Source: an uncultured bacterium
GTDB lineage: Bacteria > Planctomycetota > UBA1135 > GCA-002686595
Direction: 5' to 3'
DNA length: 64,000 nucleotides
Assembly (NCBI GenBank): GCA_943787795.1
Contig: CALSNU010000002.1
Coordinates: 288,001-352,000 of the forward strand
The notes beneath the pieces are model-generated. The model searched no databases and was not told the DNA's origin. It saw nothing but the letters and a program-made list of their open reading frames with translations. The translations under genes were made by a program, and so were the position numbers. Shown piece by piece: positions 57,266-64,000 of this stretch. The first letter of the stretch is position 1. The number at the start of each line of letters is the position of its first letter.

Positions 57266-58504
57266 ATGCGAACCACCCAGGTTTCAGTGATCGGCCTCGG
57301 CTACATCGGGCTCCCCACCGCGGCTGTGATCGCCTCGCGCGGACTGAAGGTCTGCGGAGTCGATGTCTCAAGCGAGACCGTGGATACCGTCAACCGAGGA
57401 GAGGTTCACATTGTCGAACCCGACCTCGACATCGTGGTCCGAAGCGCGGTCATGACCAAGTCGCTGCGCGCGACCCTGACCCCAGAGCCCTCGGACGTCT
57501 TCATCGTCGCGGTCCCAACGCCCTTCGCTGCTGACCACCAACCCGACCTCTCGCATATTCAGCGCGCTGCGCAAGCCATCGCTCCTGTCCTCAAGACGGG
57601 CGACCTCGTGATCCTCGAGTCGACCTCCCCCGTCGGCGCGACAGAGAAGCTCTGCGAGTGGATCGCAGAGGCCCGCACCGACCTCCGCTTACCCCATGTC
57701 CACGGAGAGGGAGCGGACGTCGCCGTCGCCCACTGCCCCGAGCGTGTCCTCCCGGGAAACATCCTGAAGGAACTCGTCGACAACGACCGGATCATCGGGG
57801 GCATCACCCGCCAGTGCGCAATGCGGGCGCGTGACCTGTACGATATTTTCGTCAAGGGAGACTGCATCCTCACCACGGCGCGCACCGCCGAGATGGCGAA
57901 GCTCTCCGAGAACGCTTTCAGGGACGTCAACATCGCCTTCGCGAACGAGCTCTCGCTGATCTGCGATGACAACGACGTCGACGTCTGGGAACTCATCCGC
58001 CTCGCGAACCTGCACCCCAGGGTCCATATCCTGAACCCCGGCCCCGGCGTCGGCGGGCACTGCATTGCGGTGGACCCATGGTTCATTGTCAGCTCCAACC
58101 CGGAGAAGGCCCGCCTCATCAAGACCGCACGGAACGTCAACGACAGCAAGCCAGCGTTCGTGGTTGAGAAGATCGCGCAGGCAGCTGATCAGTTCAAGAA
58201 CCCGGTGATCGCCTGCCTGGGGCTGGCATTCAAGGCGAACATCGACGACCTCCGCGAGAGCCCCGCCCTCGCGATCTGCAGGGAACTGTGCGCGCGACAA
58301 CTCGGCGAGGTCCTCGCGGTAGAGCCGAACCTCTCGGCGCTACCGCCCTCGGAGGCGAATGCTGGGTATGAGCTCACGCCGCTCTCCACCGCCCTCGAGC
58401 GCGCCAACGTCGTCGTGGTGCTCGTGGACCACCAGCAGTTCCGTGGCATCGACCGCGACCTGGTCAACCGAAAGGTCGTCGTGGACACCCGCGGCATCTT
58501 CTAG
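57266..58504 (+). CDS. wecC: UDP-N-acetyl-D-mannosamine dehydrogenase
   Basis: GLGYIGLPTA, ESTSPVG, CPERVLPG, GPGVGGHCIAVDPWF, GLAFKANIDDLRES; follows wecB. Confidence 0.96.
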   Translation: MRTTQVSVIGLGYIGLPTAAVIASRGLKVCGVDVSSETVDTVNRGEVHIVEPDLDIVVRSAVMTKSLRATLTPEPSDVFIVAVPTPFAADHQPDLSHIQRAAQAIAPVLKTGDLVILESTSPVGATEKLCEWIAEARTDLRLPHVHGEGADVAVAHCPERVLPGNILKELVDNDRIIGGITRQCAMRARDLYDIFVKGDCILTTARTAEMAKLSENAFRDVNIAFANELSLICDDNDVDVWELIRLANLHPRVHILNPGPGVGGHCIAVDPWFIVSSNPEKARLIKTARNVNDSKPAFVVEKIAQAADQFKNPVIACLGLAFKANIDDLRESPALAICRELCARQLGEVLAVEPNLSALPPSEANAGYELTPLSTALERANVVVVLVDHQQFRGIDRDLVNRKVVVDTRGIF

Positions 58505-58530
58505 CTGGTCGGGATAGAGGCGCTCAACGC

Positions 58531-58565
58531 GCGGCGGGCAGCCCCCCAAGGGGACTGCCCGCCGC
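58531..58565. terminator. Hairpin between convergent genes
   Basis: gcggcgggcag...ctgcccgccgc inverted repeat. Confidence 0.6.
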
Positions 58566-58601
58566 TTCAGTATCGTGGATACCCGGTCGATTCGCCGTCG
58601 A

Positions 58602-60794
58602 TCAGAGAGCCTCTCGGCTGATCTCTTGACCCGTCACCCCGTCGTACACGACCTCTTCCCCCGGGCAATGCAGGCTGATGGTCTCTACCTCAGCAGTGTG
58701 GCCGAAGGGTCCCGAGACATGGATCCGGAGCGATACGCCGTCCGACACGTTATCTCGGAGAACGATCCGCTGCGTCTTGGTCCCGCCCAGGTCGTCACCG
58801 CTCCAGTCCAGGTCCACCCAAACGTAGGGGTAGTCGTGGTTGCGAGCGATGAAGCAGCACTCCTCGATGCGGAGCTCATCCATAGACTTGAGGTCCGCGA
58901 TCGCACGGTCACCGTTGGTGTAGTCGAAGAGACAGTTCCGGATCGTCACGTTCGTCATCATCTGACCAAGCTCAGGATCGAGCGACTCCAGGTTGCGATC
59001 CTTGTAGGCCAGGAGCGCACCAGAGCTCTCGTGCCCGTCTGAGCGCGGAGTCGAGAACTTGGAGACGAACGAACTGTCCTCGACCAGCAAGGACCCCGGG
59101 AACTCAGAGGTGCCTGGCGTGGCGTAGGTCAGGCTGAATGAGGCCCAGCCCGCGAACCATCCGTTGTCAATGAAGTGGCAGTCTCGAACCGTGTGCGTCG
59201 GCCGATCGATGTACGCGAAGTTGTTTTGCCCGTTGTGGCCGTTAGGGTCCGCCCGGTGACTGAATTGAGCACCCTGGCCGCCGATCCGGAGGAAGGTGCA
59301 ACCGTCCAACGTGGTGTCTCCGTTGCTCGAGACGTAGGTACCGTGCGCCCGCGGGATCTCCGTGAAGTCACAGTTGAAGAAGTGGCGATCCGGAACGTTG
59401 TACTCACGAGTACCGAACAGGAGGCTCGATGAGCCCGGACCAGGATCCGGGCGAACGCTGATGTTGTTCCACGTCAGTGACGACTCACGCTGCAGTACGG
59501 GACCCGACCCGAGGTGCACGTTGAAGGCCCACTGCTTGGAGGAGTGCGGCACGATGCAGAGCGTGTCTGAGTAGGAGATCGCTCCACCCGGCCACTGAGT
59601 GATATCACTGATCTCCGGCTGGACCACTCGCGGCTCACGGTTCATCCGCAGAGCACGGATGCGGAGTCCCTTGTTCTGGTCGACTGTGTTCTCAAGGTAG
59701 TTCTTCGCCACGAAGGGGCCCTGCGAGAATGCGGTCCCAGGCCCCTCGCTCGAGCCTTCCAGAGCGAGCTCGATGTCCTCGAGGCTCAGACCACGTTCGA
59801 GCGACGTCTCGATGTAGGCATCCAGACCCTCGTTGACCCGCACCTTCGGGCCCGGCTGGCCCCCACCTCGCGCGTCATCAGCTGAGTTCGCACGGTCGCG
59901 GATCTTGCGCGCGATGAGCGCCTGATCTGCGGAGAGAATAATGGGGCGGGGCTGGATGAGGTTGACGGGAAGAGTCTTGCCTGACTTGCCCCCCGCGGCG
60001 AAGGCGAACGGTGCCTCCTTCGCGGGCACCGACGCCGAGGGCTCGGTCTCGGATGACCGGGCTTCAGGAACCTCTCGCTGCACCTCGACGGTGTCGAGAC
60101 GGTCCGAGGACGTGCCAGCCGTCTCGCCCATCGCCTCAAGGGGCGGGGCCTCAAGCCGCTGGGGGGCCTCCACCTCGGGCTGGATGACCGGCTCCGTCGG
60201 AACCCGGCTCGAGACCGCATGTGAGATCGAGAGCGCGTTACTCGCGCCCTGCTTGAAGAGGTGCACGCGGTCGACCTTGAACCCCTGGCTACGGCCAGAG
60301 AGCTCGATCTTGTGGTTGCCCGCCTCGAGCTCAAGGACGACCGGACCGACGTTGCCTGCCGTAGAGCGCTGGCGTGTATCCCACGTCCAGTCGCCGCGGA
60401 CAGAGGAGAAGACCTTGGTCCACGCACCACCATCGACCCTGAGCCAGACGTCATTGGCGTCGGTGACGTCAGGGGCGTCATGGCGGTTGTGCAGCCGGAG
60501 CTCGTAGCTTCCCGCTGCTTCAAGGCGCGTCTCGAACCCCACCAGGCCGGTGCCGGGTTGCTTGGCCATGTCAGGGCCCGACCACTCAACGTAGCCCCTA
60601 CCTGCGAAGCCTGCGAGGTCGCTGGACGAGGTCCACCCAGCGGCCTCTGCGAGGTCTTCCATTTCGACGACGACGAGATCGTCGCTCGGTAGATAGGCAC
60701 CGGACTGCGCGAAAACCGCGCCCATGGTGCTCATCGCGCCGAGAGCCGCCGAGCTCGCGATACGCGCTAGTTGAGTCTGAGTCTTGTTGATCAT
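58602..60794 (-). CDS. Secreted protein: N-terminal CBM-like beta-sandwich plus C-terminal parallel beta-helix-like domain
   Basis: Signal peptide ending AVFA; VVVEMED...GYVEWSG...NDVWLRVDG...LEAGNHKIELSGRSQGFKVDRVHL; repeats TLDGCTF, TVRDCHF, LVEDSSF, TIRNCLF, RIEECCF. Confidence 0.65.
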   Translation of the reverse strand: MINKTQTQLARIASSAALGAMSTMGAVFAQSGAYLPSDDLVVVEMEDLAEAAGWTSSSDLAGFAGRGYVEWSGPDMAKQPGTGLVGFETRLEAAGSYELRLHNRHDAPDVTDANDVWLRVDGGAWTKVFSSVRGDWTWDTRQRSTAGNVGPVVLELEAGNHKIELSGRSQGFKVDRVHLFKQGASNALSISHAVSSRVPTEPVIQPEVEAPQRLEAPPLEAMGETAGTSSDRLDTVEVQREVPEARSSETEPSASVPAKEAPFAFAAGGKSGKTLPVNLIQPRPIILSADQALIARKIRDRANSADDARGGGQPGPKVRVNEGLDAYIETSLERGLSLEDIELALEGSSEGPGTAFSQGPFVAKNYLENTVDQNKGLRIRALRMNREPRVVQPEISDITQWPGGAISYSDTLCIVPHSSKQWAFNVHLGSGPVLQRESSLTWNNISVRPDPGPGSSSLLFGTREYNVPDRHFFNCDFTEIPRAHGTYVSSNGDTTLDGCTFLRIGGQGAQFSHRADPNGHNGQNNFAYIDRPTHTVRDCHFIDNGWFAGWASFSLTYATPGTSEFPGSLLVEDSSFVSKFSTPRSDGHESSGALLAYKDRNLESLDPELGQMMTNVTIRNCLFDYTNGDRAIADLKSMDELRIEECCFIARNHDYPYVWVDLDWSGDDLGGTKTQRIVLRDNVSDGVSLRIHVSGPFGHTAEVETISLHCPGEEVVYDGVTGQEISREAL

Positions 60795-60882
60795 TTGCTT
60801 TCCCTCTGGGTCTTGCTCTGGCATCTGCGACCAGAGCTAGCGCTCGTCCTGGGAAACAGCCCAGTGAACGATAGCTCCTCAG

Positions 60883-60909
60883 GCATCGGCAGGTGACGAG
60901 GGCCGTCTA
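60883..60909 (-). promoter_or_regulatory. Possible sigma28 (FliA)-like promoter
   Basis: TAGA-N15-GCCGATGC versus consensus TAAA-N15-GCCGATAA, about 90 nt upstream of the 60794 start. Confidence 0.3.
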
Positions 60910-61196
60910 AGCAACTTTCTAGAGATCGAGCGTTCGGTGCCCCATAGGAGGACCCATTTACCTGCCAGTGAGACCGTCGCGAAGCAAGGGACCGCTCACT
61001 GACACGGCAGAGATACTCGGGGCAGGGGATGAACGCGCCCGACCTCCAAGATAGAGACTCTGGAATTGGGGCTGGGTCATGCCTCTACATGGCCGAAAAC
61101 CTTCCTTGTCAAAGGCGACCAGCAGGCCCAATTGGAGCCCGCCAGTAGGCTTGGACCATCGACATCAGCGCTGGGCGGCGAACCGCTGCCCTCCCC

Positions 61197-62762
61197 ATGC
61201 CCAGCAACAGCAGCCCCCACCCGAAGTCCGTTGGGGAGCGGCCGGACTCGATCCAGAGCTTGCTGAGACACGCGTCGATCTACTCGATCACGCCCATCTT
61301 CCAGCGGCTGCTCGGGCTCGTCTTGGTGGGCGTCTACACCGCGGTCCTCCCTGCGGGTGAGTATGGGCTCCTCGGGGTCATCGCGCTCTTCCTCTCCATC
61401 TTCCCGCTGCTCATCGGCACCAGCATCCTCGCCGGGGTCTCGCGGCACTACTTCCTCTACGACGACCCCAAGGACCGCTCGAGCGTCATCTCCGGGGCCG
61501 CGATCGCCCTCGTGGTCTCGTCCTCGGCGGGGGCAGCGCTCATCCTCACCTTCCGCGAGCCGATCGCCGGCTTCCTCTTCGCGGCCCAGGGGAGTACGCC
61601 CAGCCCGGCGCTCGTCGACTACATCTCGATCTGCGCCCTGCTCGTGCCCTTCTCGCTGCTCACGAGGACCGGCACTGAGGCCCTGCAGGCCCAGAAGCGC
61701 TCGAAGGCGGTGGTGGTCATCTCCCTGGCCAAGACGCTGCTAGAGACGGCCCTGAAGCTCTACTTCCTCTTCGTTCCGAAGATGGGAGTGCTGGGGTTTC
61801 TCTACGCCATGCTGATTGGCGAGATGCTGGCGGGAACAGCCTTCGCGATCTACATCGCAAGGGTGCACGGGAAGAGGCTGCTACCCAGGACCTTCAAGCC
61901 CCTCTTCATCTACTCCCTCCCGTTGATTCCCATGGGGATCTTCCAGCTCTGCCTTCACCAGGCAGACACGCTGCTCATCCAGCGCCTCGGGCCCACCGAC
62001 GTGATCGGAATGGGCGCCGATGGCGTGCCGCTGACCGTCGCGAGTCAGTGGCTCGGCGTCTACTTCCTCGGCTACCAGATTCCGTTCCTCTTTCACACGG
62101 CGGTCATGGGGTCCTTCATGCGCATCTGGGCGCCCAGCGTCTTCGCCCTGAATGACGAGCCCGCGAGCCGGGAGAACATGCGGCGGATCGGCACCCTGGT
62201 CGCGCTCTGCATCGGAGGGCTCTATGCCCAGGTGGCCCTCTTCGGCCGCGAAGCGATCCAGCTCGTCGGGCGTCAAGAGGCCTACCAGGCTGCCAATGAG
62301 GTCGTCCCCTGGGTCGCCCTGGGCTACGTCGCCTACGCCCTCTACGGGCTGAGCCAGGTCATCCTCATGAAGGTCTTCGCCGTGGGGCTCTTGGCCGCGC
62401 TGAACGCGGTGGCCCTCGGCGTCAACCTGCTCTTGAACGTCCTCTGGATCCCCGAGTACGGCTCCGTCGGCGCAGCTGCGGCGACCACCGTCTCCTTCAG
62501 CGTCCTCGCTCTGAGCGCGGCCTGGGTATCCGGGCGAAGGGGGGTCCCCCCGTTCTCCTCGGCCTCCGTGCTAGTGGGGTTCCTCCTCGTCGCTGGAGCC
62601 GCGATCGCGGGAGCAGCGATCGATCAAGCCACGGCGCCGTGGGCGGCTGGAGGCCTCGCAGCGAAGGCCGCCATCTCCGTCGCCATGATCATGCTCCTGC
62701 TGGTCTCGCTCCCCACAGGCGACCGGAAGCGGCTCCTGGAGTCGCTCCCGGGCCGCCGCTAG
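61197..62762 (+). CDS. wzx: Wzx-type oligosaccharide flippase / polysaccharide export protein
   Basis: Highly hydrophobic polytopic protein; HASIYS...YTAVLPAGEYG, YSLPLIP, LGVYFLGY, WIPEYGSVGAAAAT. Confidence 0.85.
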   Translation: MPSNSSPHPKSVGERPDSIQSLLRHASIYSITPIFQRLLGLVLVGVYTAVLPAGEYGLLGVIALFLSIFPLLIGTSILAGVSRHYFLYDDPKDRSSVISGAAIALVVSSSAGAALILTFREPIAGFLFAAQGSTPSPALVDYISICALLVPFSLLTRTGTEALQAQKRSKAVVVISLAKTLLETALKLYFLFVPKMGVLGFLYAMLIGEMLAGTAFAIYIARVHGKRLLPRTFKPLFIYSLPLIPMGIFQLCLHQADTLLIQRLGPTDVIGMGADGVPLTVASQWLGVYFLGYQIPFLFHTAVMGSFMRIWAPSVFALNDEPASRENMRRIGTLVALCIGGLYAQVALFGREAIQLVGRQEAYQAANEVVPWVALGYVAYALYGLSQVILMKVFAVGLLAALNAVALGVNLLLNVLWIPEYGSVGAAAATTVSFSVLALSAAWVSGRRGVPPFSSASVLVGFLLVAGAAIAGAAIDQATAPWAAGGLAAKAAISVAMIMLLLVSLPTGDRKRLLESLPGRR

Positions 62763-64000
62763 CGCTTGAGCCAGATATCGCCCACGCCGCTCGGCACATA
62801 GTGGGCGTCGAGGAAGGTCTGGACCTCCGGGCCGAGTCCTCTCGTGCCCGCATCACGGATCACCGCCGCCGGAGGATCGGACTCGAGGACCCGTAGCACC
62901 CCGCCGCCCTTGGCTTCCTCGTCAAGGTTCCCAAGCATCCCCCGGTGGAGGAAGAAGTACCGGTAGGCGTGAGGCTGGAAGACCGCACACCCTGTCCAAC
63001 CCGTCAAGACGGCGTCATCGTCCCCGAGCGTGGACGTCATGAAGTCGAACTGCCGCCGGAAGTCGTCGACCGGCTCGACCACGGCCATGCGCGCCGTCAC
63101 GACGAGCGGCCAGGCGCAGAGCGCACAGGTCGCCACCACCGAGAGCGCCTCCTCACGGCGGGCGCGGGCCGCTGCGGCGAGGAGGCAGAGGCTGCCCAGG
63201 GTCACCAACGCCACTCCCGTCGGCTCAGCCGGGAACTGCCGCGCCATCACCGCCCCAGCGCCTGCCGCGCCGAGGCAGGCGACCAGGAGCCCCGCGGCCC
63301 AACCGAGGCGACCGGCCATCAAGGCCACGAGGAGCCCGAAGGCCCCGGCCACGGCCCCCACGAGGAGCGGGTCGAACAGAGCACCAGGGTGGATCGAGAG
63401 CAGCGCTGCCGTCACCGCGGAGATCGAGAGGCCGGCGGCCGCCCCCGTCAACGACAGCCAGTCCTTGACCGACTTTAGGTGGCCCAGCGAGCTCGCTCCG
63501 GCGCACGCGAGGAGCGGCCAGAGGGGCATCAGGAACTGGGGCCACGGGACGGGAATCGTGAACCAACCGCCCAGTATGCAGGCGCTCGCGAGGACGATCA
63601 CCGCCGCTGCGTGGCTTCGCTCGCCTCCGCGCCAGGCCACCGCAAGAAGCTGTAGCAGCCCGAGCCCTCCGAACCCGACCAGGAGCAGATTGCCCTGCAC
63701 CAGCACCTGAAGATAGGCCCAGGGACCCACCTCTCGCTGCCACGCCAGGGGCCCCAGGATGACCTCCTCCACGAACCCTGCCAGCTGGTCCTGGTGGGCC
63801 AGGGACAGGAACAAGAGCACCACCGGCAGCGCGCTCCAGCCGACGAGGGTGAGGAGGTCGGGGATCCCCTCTCGCACTCGTCGCCAGCCGCCCTCGCGGA
63901 GTTGAATGAACAGCACGGCCAGGCCCAGCCCGATGGCGCCAAACGCCAACTTGAACGTGAAGAGCAGGCCAAAGCCTAGCGCCGTGCCTGCGGCCGCGAA
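62759..64000 (-). CDS. Polytopic membrane protein, GT-C (ArnT/PMT-like); 5' end outside window
   Basis: Frame open to the window edge (FAAAGTALGFGLLFTFK...), many TM helices, WPQFLMPLWPLL, small C-terminal periplasmic domain. Confidence 0.6.
   Translation of the reverse strand, partial: FAAAGTALGFGLLFTFKLAFGAIGLGLAVLFIQLREGGWRRVREGIPDLLTLVGWSALPVVLLFLSLAHQDQLAGFVEEVILGPLAWQREVGPWAYLQVLVQGNLLLVGFGGLGLLQLLAVAWRGGERSHAAAVIVLASACILGGWFTIPVPWPQFLMPLWPLLACAGASSLGHLKSVKDWLSLTGAAAGLSISAVTAALLSIHPGALFDPLLVGAVAGAFGLLVALMAGRLGWAAGLLVACLGAAGAGAVMARQFPAEPTGVALVTLGSLCLLAAAARARREEALSVVATCALCAWPLVVTARMAVVEPVDDFRRQFDFMTSTLGDDDAVLTGWTGCAVFQPHAYRYFFLHRGMLGNLDEEAKGGGVLRVLESDPPAAVIRDAGTRGLGPEVQTFLDAHYVPSGVGDIWLKR

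Overview
High-GC bacterial chromosome segment. The gene content (tpiA-secG-yicC-gmk, split coaC/coaB, many secreted TPR and acidic proteins, ECF sigma factor, MoxR/vWA operon) suggests Planctomycetota/PVC; this is an inference. Most of the window is housekeeping: arfB, ribF, def, rpsT, selO/ydiU, priA, pgpA, pgsA, rimO, ftsK, coaB/coaC, gmk, yicC, secG, tpiA, aroF, ugd, asnB, a transketolase-like gene, tRNA-Phe(GAA) and tRNA-Val(TAC). There is also a Bat-like MoxR-DUF58-vWA operon and the start of a surface-polysaccharide locus (GT4, wecB, wecC, wzx, GT-C). No CRISPR array, integrase or transposase is visible. Main leads: (1) the TPR-like gene in the MoxR/vWA operon appears to read through two in-frame TGA codons (U-x5-U), each followed by a SECIS-like hairpin, making it a candidate selenoprotein; (2) an ATPase-less ftsK paralog with a charge-reversed gamma domain lies directly downstream of ftsK; (3) an ECF-type promoter and a UUCG terminator bracket a ~145-nt candidate sRNA downstream of an ECF sigma pair; (4) a secreted His/Asp/Glu-rich protein is divergent from moxR. 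Start codons were refined by eye and are approximate; all family calls come from motif recognition, not database searches.
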